Source: Macrostomum lignano
Lineage: Eukaryota
NCBI GenBank assembly: GCA_002269645.1
Contig: NIVC01000867.1
Location: 310,001-374,000, forward strand
Reading direction: 5' to 3'
Length of the DNA stretch: 64,000 nucleotides
The translations under genes were made by a program, and so were the position numbers. The first letter of the stretch is position 1, and each line of letters begins with the position of its first letter. The notes beneath the pieces were generated by a model. It saw only the letters and a list, made by a program, of their open reading frames with translations. It was not told where the DNA came from and ran no database searches. Positions 48,309 through 61,544 of this stretch are shown piece by piece.

Positions 48309-48538
48309 AACCTCGGCAACGTTTCTTAGAAACGAATCAATCATCCAGAACCAGGATGCACCTTGTCGCATCCTGCTCGCCTGCGGCACGATGTTCTCCG
48401 ACCTGCTTTTGGTCGGTTTTGAGTCGATACATTTAGAAGATTATCTCTACCATTGTCAACCTGATGCTCCTGCGGCGCTTTCGCGGTCAATGAAGGAGCT
48501 TCTTCACCTGATGGGTCGCCTGACAGGACGACACAAGG
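48309..48538 (+). CDS. WDR6: WDR6 exon with apparent 1-nt frameshift near 48480
   Basis: ILLACGTMFSDLLL then RLTGRHK in the +1 frame, needed to join GVIYSI. Confidence 0.7.
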
Positions 48539-48555
48539 TTTGAAGAGGCACCCTT

Positions 48556-51050
48556 TTGCTTATCTCAGCCTGTATATTCTCTCATCTCAGCCTGTATCTT
48601 CTCTCATCTCAGCCTGTATCTTCTCTTATCTCAGTCTGTCTCTTCTGTCATCTCAGCCTGTATCTTCTCTTATCTCAGCCTGTATCTTCTCTTATCTCAG
48701 CCTGTATCTTCTCTTATCTCAGCCTGTATCTTCTCTCATCTCAGCCTGTATCTTCTCTCATCTCAGCCTGTATCTTCTCTTATCTCAGTCTGTCTCTTCT
48801 GTCATCTCAGCCTGTCTCTTTTCTCATCTCAGCCTGTATCTTCTCTTATCTCAGCCTGTATCTTCTCTTATCTCAGCCTGTATCTTCTCTTTATCTCTGT
48901 CCATCTCTTCTTATCTCAGCCTGTCTCTTCTCTCATCTCAGCCTGTATCTTCTCTTATCTCAGCCTGTATCTTCTCTCATCTCAGCCTGTATCTTCTCTC
49001 ATCTCAGCCTGTATCTTCTCTCATCTCAGCCTGTATCTTCTCTTATCTCAGCCTGTATCTTCTCTCATCTCAGCCTGTATCTTCTCTCATCTCAGCCTGT
49101 ATCTTCTCTTATCTCAGCCTGTATCTTCTCTTATCTCAGCCTGTATCTTCTCTTATCTCAGCCTGTATCTTCTCTCATCTCAGCCTGTATCTTCTCTCAT
49201 CTCAGCCTGTATCTTCTCTTATCTCAGTCTGTCTCTTCTGTCATCTCAGCCTGTATCTTCTCTTATCTCAGCCTGTATCTTCTCTTTATCTCTGTCCATC
49301 TCTTCTTATCTCAGCCTGTCTCTTCTCTCATCTCAGCCTGTATCTTCTCTTATCTCAGTCTGTCTCTTCTGTCATCTCAGCCTGTATCTTCTCTTATCTC
49401 AGCCTGTATCTTCTCTTATCTCAGCCTGTATCTTCTCTTATCTCAGCCTGTATCTTCTCTTTATCTCTGTCCATCTCTTCTTATCTCAGCCTGTCTCTTC
49501 TCTCATCTCAGCCTGTATCTTCTCTTATCTCAGCCTGTATCTTCTCTCATCTCAGCCTGTATCTTCTCTCATCTCAGCCTGTATCTTCTCTTATCTCAGT
49601 CTGTCTCTTCTGTCATCTCAGCCTGTATCTTCTCTTATCTCAGCCTGTATCTTCTCTTATCTCAGCCTGTATCTTCTCTCATTTCAGTCTGTCTCTTCTG
49701 TCATCTCAGCCTGTATCTTCTCTTATCTCAGCCTGTATCTTCTCTTTATCTCTGTCCATCTCTTCTTATCTCAGCCTGTCTCTTCTCTCATCTCAGCCTG
49801 TATCTTCTCTTATCTCAGCCTGTATCTTCTCTCATCTCAGCCTGTATCTTCTCTCATATCAGCCTGTATCTTCTCTTATCTCAGTCTGTATCTTCTCTTA
49901 TCTCAGTCTGTCTCTTCTGTCATCTCAGCCTGTATCTTCTCTTATCTCAGCCTGTATCTTCTCTTTATCTCTGTCCATCTCTTCTTATCTCAGCCTGTCT
50001 CTTCTCTCATCTCAGCCTGTATCTTCTCTTATCTCAGCCTGTATCTTCTCTCATCTCAGCCTGTATCTTCTCTCATCTCAGCCTGTATCTTCTCTTATCT
50101 CAGTCTGTCTCTTCTGTCATCTCAGCCTGTATCTTCTCTTATCTCAGCCTGTATCTTCTCTTATCTCAGCCTGTATCTTCTCTCATCTCAGTCTGTCTCT
50201 TCTGTCATCTCAGCCTGTATCTTCTCTTATCTCAGCCTGTATCTTCTCTTTATCTCTGTCCATCTCTTCTTATCTCAGCCTGTCTCTTCTCTCATCTCAG
50301 CCTGTATCTTTTCTTATCTCAGCCTGTATCTTCTCTCATCTCAGCCTGTATCTTCTCTCATCTCAGCCTGTATCTTCTCTCATCTCAGCCTGTATCTTCT
50401 CTTATCTCAGTCTGTCTCTTCTGTCATCTCAGCCTGTATCTTCTCTTATCTCAGCCTGTATCTTCTCTTATCTCAGCCTGTATCTTCTCTTATCTCAGCC
50501 TGTATCTTCTCTCATCTCAGCCTGTATCTTCTCTCATCTCAGCCTGTATCTTCTCTCATCTCAGCCTGTATCTTCTCTTATCTCAGTCTGTCTCTTCTGT
50601 CATCTCAGCCTGTATCTTCTCTTATCTCAGCCTGTATCTTCTCTTTATCTCTGTCATCTCTTCTTATCTCAGCCTGTCTCTTCTGTCATCTCAGCCTGTA
50701 TCTTCTCTTATCTCAGCCTGTATCTTCTCTTATCTCAGCCTGTATCTTCTCTCATCTCAGCCTGTATCTTCTCTCATCTCAGCCTGTATCTTCTCTTATC
50801 TCAGCCTGTATCTTCTCTCATCTCAGCCTGTATCTTCTCTCATCTCAGCCTGTATCTTCTCTTATCTCAGCCTGTATCTTCTCTCATCTCAGCCTGTATC
50901 TTCTCTTATCACAGCCTGTATCTTCTCTTTATCTCTGTCCATCTCTTCTTATCTCAGCCTGTCTCTTCTCTCATCTCACCCGGTCTCATCTCTTATCTTA
51001 GCTTGTCTCTTCTCTTTTCTTTACCTTAATCTTTTCTTCTTATCTCTTAC
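48556..51050. repeat. Intronic minisatellite, 22-bp unit TCTCAGCCTGTATCTTCTC(T/C)(T/C)A with higher-order variants
   Basis: About 110 units; the source of the two spurious >800-aa ORFs. Confidence 0.97.
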
Positions 51051-51137
51051 TAAGCTGTCTCTTGCTAAATGTACACTCCTAAAGTCACATGGATAGTTTA
51101 TTGCCCTTATCTATATCGCATGTACCTATCATTCCAG

Positions 51138-51374
51138 GGCGTGATCTACTCAATTGACTCAAACTCGGACCAATCAATAATTCTGACCGCATCTGACGAT
51201 CGATCTATCGTGATTTGGCGTAGAAAAAATTCTATTGACCCAGCCGCCCCTTCAGAGTCTGACTCGCCGCGTCTTTTAACCTACGAAGCTCAGTGCCAGT
51301 TGTACGGTCACGAGAGCAGAGTCTGGTCTGTTCGCTTGAGCCCGAGCTCAGATTTGTTTTACTCTGCTGGCGAG
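51138..51374 (+). CDS. WDR6: WDR6 exon (WD40)
   Basis: GVIYSI...TASDDRSIVIW...LYGHESRVWSV...SAGE. Confidence 0.9.
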
Positions 51375-51469
51375 GTGAACTGTTGTTTTTTGTTAATAAA
51401 CAAATTTAGTTTAGTCTATTACTTATAACGTCCATATTTCATAGTTTTTTACTTTGTTTATAGTTTGTA

Positions 51470-52820
51470 ATGTGTCTGGTTTGTGTTGCGTCTGGTTTGT
51501 GCTTTGTCTAATTTATTATGTGTCTGGTTTGTGTTGTGTCTAGTTTGTTAGTTTGTGATGTGTCTGGTTTGTGATGTGTCTAGTTTGTTAGTTTGTGATG
51601 TGTCTGGTTTGTGATGTGTCTAGTTTGTTAGTTTGTGATGTCTCTGGTTTGTGATGTGTCTAGTTTGTTAGTTTGTGATGTGTCTGGTTTGTGATGCGTC
51701 TAGTTTGTTAGTTTGTGATGTGTCTGGTTTGTGATGTGTCTAGTTTGTTAGTTTGTGATGTGTCTGGTTTGTGATGTGTCTAGTTTGTTAGTTTGTGATG
51801 TGTCTGGTTTGTGATGTGTCTAGTTTGTGATGTGTCTGGTTTGTGATGTGTCTAGTTTGTTAGTTTGTGATGTGTCTGGTTTGTGATGTGTCTAGTTTGT
51901 TAGTTTGTGATTTGTCTGGTTTGTGATGTGTCTAGTTTGTGATGTCTCTGGTTTGTGATGTGTCTAGTTTGTTAGTTTGTGATGTGTCTGGTTTGTGATG
52001 TGTCTAGTTTGTTAGTTTGTGATTTGTCTGGTTTGTGATGTGTCTAGTTTGTGATGTCTCTGGTTTGTGATGTGTCTAGTTTGTTAGTTTGTGATGTGTC
52101 TGGTTTGTGATGTGTCTAGTTTGTGATGTGTCTAGTTTGTGATGTGTCTGGTTTGTGATGTGTCTACTTTGTGATGTGTCTGGTTTGTGATGTGTCTAGT
52201 TTGTGATGTGTCTGGTTTGTGATGTGTCTAGTTTGTTAGTTTGTGATGTGTCTAGTTTGTTAGTTTGTGATGTGTCTGGTTTGTGATGTGTTTAGTTTGT
52301 GATGTGTCTAGTTTGTGATGTGTCTGGTTTGTGATGTGTCTAGTTTGTTAGTTTGTGATGTGTCTGGTTTGTGATGTGTCTAGTTTGTTAGTTTGTGATT
52401 TGTCTGGTTTGTGATGTGTCTAGTTTGTTAGTTTGTGATGTGTCTGGTTTGTGATGTGTCTAGTTTGTTAGTTTGTGATGTGTCTAGTTTGTGATGTGTC
52501 TAGTTTGTGATGTGTCTACTTTGTGATGTGTCTGGTTTGTGATGTGTCTAGTTTGTGATGTGTCTGGTTTGTGATGTGTCTAGTTTGTTAGTTTGTGATG
52601 TGTCTAGTTTGTGATGTGTCTGGTTTGTGATGTGTCTGGTTTGTGATGTGTCTGGTTTGTGATGTGTCTAGTTTATGATGTGTCTGGTTTGTGATGTGTC
52701 TGGTTTGTGATGTGTCTAGTTTATGATGTGTCTGGTTTGTGATGTGTCTGGTTTGTGATGTGTCTGGTTTGTGATGTGTCTGTCTAGCTTGTGATGTGTC
52801 TAGTTTATGTCTAGCTTGTG
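51470..52820. repeat. Intronic minisatellite, 17-bp unit GTTTGTGATGTGTCT(A/G)G with 8-bp insert variants
   Basis: Direct repetition. Confidence 0.96.
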
Positions 52821-52939
52821 AAATAACTTAAACCAGATGTAAAACTTTCATATAAATTTTATTGAGGCGCAATTTGCAAACCTGAATTTAAAGGCATTAG
52901 GCTAATACGTTTTATCTTTATCATCCATTCATCGGTCAG

Positions 52940-53053
52940 GATTGCGCCTTAATTACCTGGTCAACTTGCGACGGTCAGCTGTTGCGCAAAGAGACTCGAC
53001 ACATTGGTCGGCATATCTGGTGTCTGGCTGTTGGTAGTAGCGGTTCAAAGTTG
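52940..53053 (+). CDS. WDR6: WDR6 exon
   Basis: DCALITWS...RHIGRHIWCL. Confidence 0.88.
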
Positions 53054-53195
53054 GTACGAATTAGGGGAAAACCTTAAAATTAAAATTGAACAGTCCAGGG
53101 TCGAAATAGGTTTCAAGGAAATGTTTTGAAGGCTCATTTTTCAATTAACAGTGTTCGGTTATGATTAGTTTTAGATTTTTCACTCTGCGCTTCAG

Positions 53196-53234
53196 GCCAC
53201 CGGTGGCAATGATGGAGCTCTAATCTGCTCGGAA
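53196..53234 (+). CDS. WDR6: WDR6 exon (donor uncertain: 53234 phase 0 or 53269 phase 2)
   Basis: ATGGNDGAL; GAA|GTGAGC gives the phase needed for the next exon. Confidence 0.7.
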
Positions 53235-53397
53235 GTGAGCGATCGCAAGCAGACCACAGAATCCTGTCGGTTAGTTATGAAAGAAAAGGTATTTTGGGGT
53301 TGTTTTTAAAATATGATGTGCATTTTCTTTTGTTTCTACTTACCTTCTTACAAAGTTATATCAGTAGCCTAATGCGCATTTAATCGAAACATTTTAG

Positions 53398-53459
53398 GAC
53401 TTTCTTAGATTTGCTTTCTTCGACTCGTTCAGTAATTTGATTGCGCTGACTAATGACGG
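53398..53459 (+). CDS. WDR6: WDR6 exon
   Basis: DFLRFAFF...LIALTNDG; TTTTAG/GTAAAT. Confidence 0.7.
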
Positions 53460-53505
53460 GTAAATGGAACTGCTGTTGTTTGTTATAGCCTTGAAGTGGC
53501 ATGCA

Positions 53506-54220
<715 letters not shown>

Positions 54221-54274
54221 GACAGTCGCCAAGACTCCTCAATCCTCACTGCTGGACTCCCCACCATCACTCAG

Positions 54275-54501
54275 CTTTCTCCTTCGCGGCTCCATCGCTG
54301 AGCAGCCTCAGCCGACACTCCGACCAGTGGAAGTCGCCGGCCTGCCCCGGCAACAAGAATCCGCCTCGCCGTTGCGACGCTGCAGCTGCGCTCGAATGTC
54401 GCCGAATCGACGCGTCCTGCTGTGCGCCGAAGAATCGACACCGTTGGAACAGGGAGCTGGCGCCGCTTGCTGTCTGATTGACGTGTCGAATACATTGGAT
54501 G
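54275..54501 (+). CDS. WDR6: WDR6 exon
   Basis: Open frame with phases 2/1 matching neighbours; CTCAG/GTTGGT. Confidence 0.65.
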
Positions 54502-54572
54502 GTTGGTCATTCATTGGTTTCCCCTCATCTGAACAAGGCTGTGTCACACAGAATCGCCACTATCATTTCCAG

Positions 54573-54727
54573 GCAATGATCCATGCCGCATCATTTGGCG
54601 CAGCGGTCAGCTGTCAATGCCTGACAGTTCTGATGAAGCAAACAGCATCAAGACTATTGGTGGGCTTCTCAACCTGTGCTGGATATCAGATCATGCTTTT
54701 ATTGTATCCGCTGTGCACGACAAGTTG
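54573..54727 (+). CDS. WDR6: WDR6 exon
   Basis: GGLLNLCWISDHAFIVSAV; TTTCCAG/GTAAGT. Confidence 0.75.
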
Positions 54728-54779
54728 GTAAGTGCCGGTTTTAAGTTTAGCTATGAATTGACCATGGACTCTGATCAAG

Positions 54780-55470
54780 GGGTGGTCATAGACACTGACC
54801 CAAGAAATAGTCATAGACACTGACCCAAGAAATAGTCATAGACACTGACCCAAGAAATGGTCATAGACACTGACCTAAGAAATGGTCATAGACACTGACC
54901 CAAGAAATAGTCATAGACACTGACCCAAGAAATAGTCATAGACACTGACCCAAGAATTGGTCATAGACACTGACCTAAGAAATGGTCATAGACACTGACC
55001 CAAGAAATAGTCATAGACACTGACCCAAGAAATAGTCATAGACACTGACCCAAGAAATGGTCATAGACACTGACCCAAGAAATGGTCATAGACACTGACC
55101 CAAGAAATAGTCATAGACACTGACCCAAGAAATAGTCATAGACACTGACCTAAGAAATGGTCATAGACACTGACCTAAGAAATGGTCATAGACACTGACC
55201 CAAGAAATGGTCATAGACACTGACCCAAGAAATAGTCATAGACACTGACCCAAGAAATAGTCATAGACACTGACCCAAGAAATGGTCATAGACACTGACC
55301 CAAGAATTGGTCATAGACACTGACCCAAGAATTGGTCATAGACAATGACCTAACAAATGGTCATAGACACTGACCTAAGAATTGGTCATAGACACTGACC
55401 TAAGAATTGGTCATAGACACTGACCCAAGAACTGATCATACACACTGACCCAAGAATTGGTCATAAACAC
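54780..55470. repeat. Intronic minisatellite, 25-bp unit TAGACACTGACCCAAGAAAT(A/G)GTCA
   Basis: About 27 units. Confidence 0.96.
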
Positions 55471-56059
55471 TAACCGCAATAATCATATTCGTATTGTATT
55501 AGAATTTCTCCTTAGTTGACTTGTTAAGTATGCAAAATTACTGTAAGTCTTCTTTAGCTTCTCCTTCCATACTTTTTTCTGCAAAATGTTTAATGTTTAA
55601 AGATTCTATGAATATTTTCAAAAGCAACCTTTCAAACGGAAATTCTCTTTTGCTCGTAAATTTTCTGGGGAAACCTGTGTTTTAAAGAAAATTGTCAAAA
55701 AGCCTAGGGCTTAGGACGAGACTATACGCTCGTACTGGTGGGTTCGTTCCTCTTTTCGTTTCCTTTCTGTCACATTATTTATATTGCTTTGTAAAATTTA
55801 AGACGAGAAACAGCAAAACAGTTTGTTCAGGTAGCTGGTAACACTCGTGCTTGTTATTTTTCTTTGGAAATCATTTTATAAAGGTGGGTAAACGCGGTGT
55901 CCGACTCTTGCGCCACAACCACACCCAGGTGGTTCGATTCCGTGCTCTACCACATCGTTTGGGGGCTTCCACATCACAGGAAAAATTAGCCGGGAGGTTG
56001 TCGTGTGATTCGCAGCCGTGAGAGCACACAGAGTGTACACGAATGCCGATGAATGTACA

Positions 56060-56730
56060 GTGAAGAGGAAGGGGGAGAAGATGAGAGAGAGGGGGATAGA
56101 GGAGTTGAGAGAGAAGAGAGAGGAGGGAGATAGTAGATGAAAGAGGAGGGAAGAGGAGATGGGAGAAAGGGTCTAGAGGAGATGAGAGAGGAGGGTAGGA
56201 GAAGATGAGAGAAAAGGAGATGTTAAGAGATGAGAGAGTAAGGAGAGAGTAGATGAAGAAAGAGGAGGGAAGAGGAGATGGGAGAGGGGATGAGAGAGGA
56301 GATAAGAGAGAGGAGGGGAGAGATGAGATGGGAGAGGAGATAGGAGAGAGGAGATAGGAGAGAGGAGATGGGAGAGGAGATGGGAGAGGAGGGGAGAGAG
56401 GAGATGGGAGAGGAGGGGAGAGAGGAGAGAGGAGATGGGAGATGGGAGAGGAGGGGAGAGAGGAGATGGGAGAGAAGGGGAGAGAGGAGAGAGGAGATGG
56501 GAGATGGGAGAGGAGATAGGAGAGAGGAGATGGGAGAGGAGATGGGAGAGAGGAGATGGGAGAGGAGATGGGAGAGAGGAGATGGGAGAGGAGGAGATGG
56601 GAGAGGAGGGGAGAGAGGAGATGGGAGAGAGGAGATGGGAGAGGAGGAGATGGGAGAGAGGAGATGGGAGAGGAGGAGATGGGAGAGGAGGGGAGAGAGG
56701 AGATGTGAGAGGAGGAGAGAGGAGAAAAAA
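56060..56730. repeat. Polypurine GA-rich cryptic repeat (GGAGAGGAGATG-like)
   Basis: Direct observation. Confidence 0.9.
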
Positions 56731-56964
56731 GAGAGCTAAAGAAGGACAAAAATCCTAAGCAAGCCGGATTGCTATTGTGAAGTTTCACGGACCTGAGTGC
56801 TGTTTAGAGAGGCTGCGTACTGCATGTGGTTCGTGGGGCGGAGTTTTCGGACCCGTGACCTAAGTCTGAGCCTCTGCCACATAAGAGAACCATGCTAGAC
56901 CACTAGGCTACTGCCCCTATGCTCAAAGTCTACTAAATATATTATTTTTCAATTTCAAAAACAG

Positions 56965-57192
56965 ATTCTCGGATTGCTCAAGTTTGACAGTTCTATTGAA
57001 AGTCCAATATCAGAGGGAGCCAGCGACAGCAGCAATAGTTGCCCTGCAACTGTCAACACTGAGCCAGTCAGTCTGTCAGCCTCCGGATTCGAATGGATTA
57101 ATTGTGGGCAGTTGAGCTGCATTGGCTCGCAGGCCGTGATGATCCTTGGAGATCGGTCTGGCCGGTTGCACTGTCTTGTACAAAACTTGGAG
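56965..57192 (+). CDS. WDR6: WDR6 exon
   Basis: ILGDRSGRLHCL (VCGDRRGS-like); ACAG/GTGAGA. Confidence 0.85.
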
Positions 57193-57279
57193 GTGAGAAA
57201 TTGCGACAATTCAATAAAAATTAAGTTCAATGAAGCTGAATGACTTTTATGCCTCAGAAATCACGAATCACACATTTTA

Positions 57280-57780
57280 GACAGGTACACCTGTTAGACA
57301 GGTACCACACCTGTTAGACAGCAATCACACCTGTTAGACAGGTACCACACCTGTTAGACAGCAATCACACCTGTTAGACAGGTGTCACACTTGTTAGACA
57401 GGTACCACACCTGTTAGACAGCAATCACACCTGTTAGACAGGTGTCACACTTGTTAGACAGGTATCACACCTGCTAGACAGATATCTCACTTGTTAGTCA
57501 GGTATCACACCTTTTAGATAAATATCACACCTGTTAGACAGATATCACGCCTGTTAGACAGGTATCACACCTGCTAAACAGGTACCACACCTGTTAGACA
57601 GCAATCACACCTGTTAGACAGATATCACCCCTGTTAAACAGAAATCACACCTGTTAGACAGGTGTCACACTTGTTAGACAGGTATCACACCTGTTAGATA
57701 GATATCACGCCTGTTAGACAGGTGTCACACCTGTTAGACAGATATCACACTTGTTAGGCAGTTATAACACTGATAACACT
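57280..57780. repeat. Intronic minisatellite, 20-bp unit ACACCTGTTAGACAGGTATC
   Basis: About 24 units. Confidence 0.95.
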
Positions 57781-57986
57781 GATAAAGAATAGCTCTATTA
57801 CCATAGCTACAACACGGTGACGTAGTTTCTGTTACCCTAGCAACCAAATACACCTGCCTGTTGCTATAACAACGAAAGACGGGCTTAATTTTACCATAGA
57901 CACAATAGATACCTTAGCAACTGGAGCACAGTGCGGATCCCAGACTTCTTAACTCCCATATAATCAACCTCAAAAAACGCCCGCAG

Positions 57987-58208
57987 ACCAAGCGTTGGCA
58001 GAGAGTTCACTCCAGTCGACAGGCTCATAAATCAGGCGTATTGCATCTGGAGACAATGTCACTTGACAGCGCTGATGAGGCCAGACGCAGCATCCGACTG
58101 CTTAGCTGCGGTAAAGACGGCTCTCTGATTGGCTGGCGAGTTGCCTTGGAAACTGACGATCATAAAGATGGCTCCGTTGGAGGCTTCATTCAGGAGAGCA
58201 TTGTGAAG
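57987..58208 (+). CDS. WDR6: WDR6 exon
   Basis: AHKSGV...LLSCGKDG; GCAG/GTTTGC. Confidence 0.85.
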
Positions 58209-58254
58209 GTTTGCACTGACCGTGTTGTATTTTTATTGTTTTTGAAACAGTGTA

Positions 58255-58500
58255 GATTTCTCTACAATCTGCCCTGAATTCTACAATCTACCCTGAATTC
58301 TACAGTCTGCCCTGAATTCTACAATCTGCCCTGAATTCTACAATCTGCCCTGAATTCTACAATCTACCCTGAATTCTACAATCTACCCTGAATTCTACAA
58401 TCTGCCTTGAATTCTACAATCTACCCTAAACTCTACAATCTACCCTGAATTTCACCATCTACCCTGAATTCTACAATCTACCTCAAATTCGACCTGGTAT
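58255..58500. repeat. Intronic minisatellite, 19-bp unit CTACAATCTGCCCTGAATT
   Basis: About 12 units. Confidence 0.93.
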
Positions 58501-58902
58501 ACCCAGTTCTACAGTCCAAAATCTACTTTGAACACAAAAAATTACCGTCCTTTATTATATATCTGAATTTGGTCCTCAATCTGGATACCAAATACGCTGT
58601 TTAAACTTCAAAAGGAGAAGCCAAGTTACTTTTTAAACAAACCGAAGTTTCCTTTCTTCTTAGCCTTCAATTATAGCTGCTAATTGGTTTTTTTTATTTT
58701 ACGAGCGCCTGTGGTCAACCTTTTAACGGTGCTTTCCTGTTTTAGGTAAAAAAACGAGTCGCACATTTTGCCGTAAAAAAGATAAGTGAGAAGAGATGAA
58801 GCAGTCGTTTTTCTGGCTTTTACGTTAAAAAACATTTCTTAGAGTTTTTTACACGTGACTAGCTTTGTATACTGTAAAACCTACTTCTACAGACGTGTTG
58901 GA

Positions 58903-59085
58903 GGTTGTAACTTAGTGGTTAGAGCGTCAGACTCACGATTGAAAGGTCGGGGGTTCGATTCTTGACCTACTCGGAACAATTTGTGTCCTTGCATGAGTAG
59001 CTGTAAAATGGGTGCCAGCATTAGCTGGGGTAATTGAGGGTGTGTGTGGGGCGGCTCCCAGTCCTTGGACTGGCAGGTGTAATAA
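58903..59085 (+). mobile_element. SINE family 1, internally deleted
   Basis: Head, partial CORE and tail GGCAGGTGTAATAA. Confidence 0.75.
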
Positions 59086-59182
59086 AAAACGAACGGCAAC
59101 ACTGTTTGCAAATGTTTTTACTAACGATATGTTGGGTAGCAAACAATTTAAATAGGATATTTCTCTTTTGAAACTACTTCAG

Positions 59183-59284
59183 GAGCCTGGACAAATGCGA
59201 TGGATTGAACGAACTGTACAGATTGGCAATCATTTTAGCGATGCACAGCAACTGGCAGAGACCAAACTGCTGGGGTTTCACGGG
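59183..59284 (+). CDS. WDR6: WDR6 exon
   Basis: GQMRWIE...LLGFHG (GMNWL...ILGFH). Confidence 0.88.
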
Positions 59285-59307
59285 GTAAGACTTGTGCGGT
59301 TTCTTCT

Positions 59308-59390
59308 ACTACTACAACAACAACAACAACAACAAATACTACTACTACTACTAATACTACTACTACTACTAATACTAATACTACTACTAC

Positions 59391-59425
<35 letters not shown>

Positions 59426-59563
59426 ATACTACTACTACTTCTTTTACCACTACTACTTCTACTGCCACTATTACTACTACTATTACCTCTACTACTACTA
59501 CTACTACTATTACTATTTCTACTACTTTTACTACTACTACTATTACTACTACTACTACTTCTT

Positions 59564-59605
<42 letters not shown>

Positions 59606-59755
59606 AGACTACTACTACTACTACGTCTATTACAACTACTAATGCTACTACTACTACTTCTACCATTACTACTGCTACTACTACTACTACTACTACTGCT
59701 ACTACTACTACTACTGCTACTACTACTACTACCTCTAATACTACTACGAATACTT

Positions 59756-59797
<42 letters not shown>

Positions 59798-59848
59798 ATA
59801 CTACTACTACTACTTTTACTACTACTACTACTAATAATAATAATAATA

Positions 59849-59897
<49 letters not shown>
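59308..59897. repeat. Compound trinucleotide microsatellite (CAA)n-(CTA)n-(TAA)n
   Basis: Direct observation; the source of poly-L and poly-V ORFs. Confidence 0.96.
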
Positions 59898-59900
<3 letters not shown>

Positions 59901-60084
59901 AACCCACCCCCAAGGCACAGAGACTGTACATGCCTGACGATTTAAAAGTCAGAGCCGCCGTACTCCCTGCGCGAGAGTGTGCTAATACTACTAATAGCTA
60001 CACTTCTAATGCAGTCAGTTTACCTACTACTACAATTCATACCTACGGATCTATTATAATCTCTCATTTAAAAAAAATCATTAG

Positions 60085-60285
60085 CGCCTCTTCAAACTGC
60101 TGGACGCTGCCACCCTGACAGTGGAATTTTCTGCCGACTGCGGCGGCGGCCACCGCTGCTGGGACTTTCTGACCCAATTCGACAACGGCAGCTCGGGCCT
60201 CGCTGGAGCTTATCGGCTCTGCTACGTCAAATCTGGCTCACTGCTGCTGGTCACCCAGGCGATGCGAGCGTCCTACCAAATTAAG
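60085..60285 (+). CDS. WDR6: WDR6 exon
   Basis: DCGGGHRCWDF is the WDR6/Trm734 signature (CGGGHRSW). Confidence 0.92.
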
Positions 60286-60309
60286 GTGCGATTTCTTGAA
60301 CTGATGTAG

Positions 60310-61080
60310 GGCCGATATGTATCGACAATAAATTTAGCCGCTATCAAATTAGCCGATATGTATCGTATCGATTATAACTTATGCCGATATGTATCGTACC
60401 GATTATAACTTTAGCAGCCGATATGTATCGATAATAACATTTGCCGATATGTATCGATAATAACTTTAGCCGATATTTATCGTACCGATTATAGCTTTAG
60501 CCGATATGTATCGATAATAACTTTTGCCGATATGCATCGATAATAACTTTAGCCGATATGTATCGATAATAACATTTGCCGATATGTACCGATAATAACT
60601 TTAGCCGATATTTATCGTACCGATTATAGCTTTTGCAGATATGTATCGATAATAATTTTTGCCGATATGCATCGATAATAACTTTAGCCGATATGTATCG
60701 ATAATAACATTTGCCGATATGTACCGATAATAACTTTAGCCGATATTTATCGTACCGATTATAGCTTTAGCCGATATGTATCGATAATAACTTTTGCCGA
60801 TATGCATCGATAATAACTTTAGCCGATATGTATCGATAATAACATTTGCCGATATTTATCGATAATAACTTTAGCCGATATTTATCGTACCGATTATAGC
60901 TTTAGCCGATATGTATCGATAATAATTTAAGCCGATATGTATCGATTACAACGTGAGCCAATATGTATCGATAATAACTTGATCCGATATGTATCGATAA
61001 TAACATTTGCCGATATGTATCGATAATAAATTTAGCCGATATTTCTCGATAATAACTTAGCCGATATGTATCGCTAACAA
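60310..61080. repeat. Intronic minisatellite, 26-bp unit GCCGATATGTATCGATAATAACTTTA
   Basis: CpG-rich unit, some 31-bp variants. Confidence 0.95.
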
Positions 61081-61259
61081 CTTCAACCTATTTTTTGTTT
61101 AGTGGACGCAACAATAATAAGATTGACTGAGATGTATTGATTATAACTTTTTTTGAAGAAAATATGTAGTTTATTATTTAAAACGATATTTATTGAATCC
61201 AGCAGTTGACCGATACGTGTCGAATGCATATTCAACCCGGGTATTTATTTTCTTTACAG

Positions 61260-61308
61260 AAAGGTCTGCACGGTGGAACAATTAACTGCGCCGTTGTTTT
61301 GACTACAG
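61260..61308 (+). CDS. WDR6: WDR6 exon (gene continues)
   Basis: KGLHGGTINCA (LHGREITC-like); TTACAG/GTAAAT. Confidence 0.88.
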
Positions 61309-61544
61309 GTAAATATCTGGCGTTGAACTTTTATTAATTTTTTACAATTTTGTGCAGTCTTGTAATAATATTTTTTTTTAATTTTGACTTTGCATCCATA
61401 TTAAGTAATAACTGTGTTATTAAATTTAATTTTTAATTTTTAATTTTTAATTTATAAATTTTTAATTTATAAATTTTTAATTTATTAGTATATTTTTGCA
61501 TGCATATAAATGTGTTTTCACTGTAATTTTACATTGATTCATTG

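Noticed and set aside
48540-51096. 829- and 846-aa ORFs
   Set aside because: Translations of a stop-free 22-bp tandem unit (22-aa periodicity) inside a WDR6 intron.
55927-56060. Extra WDR6 exon after CCCAG
   Set aside because: In-frame stop; exons ending at 54727 and starting at 56965 already join in phase.
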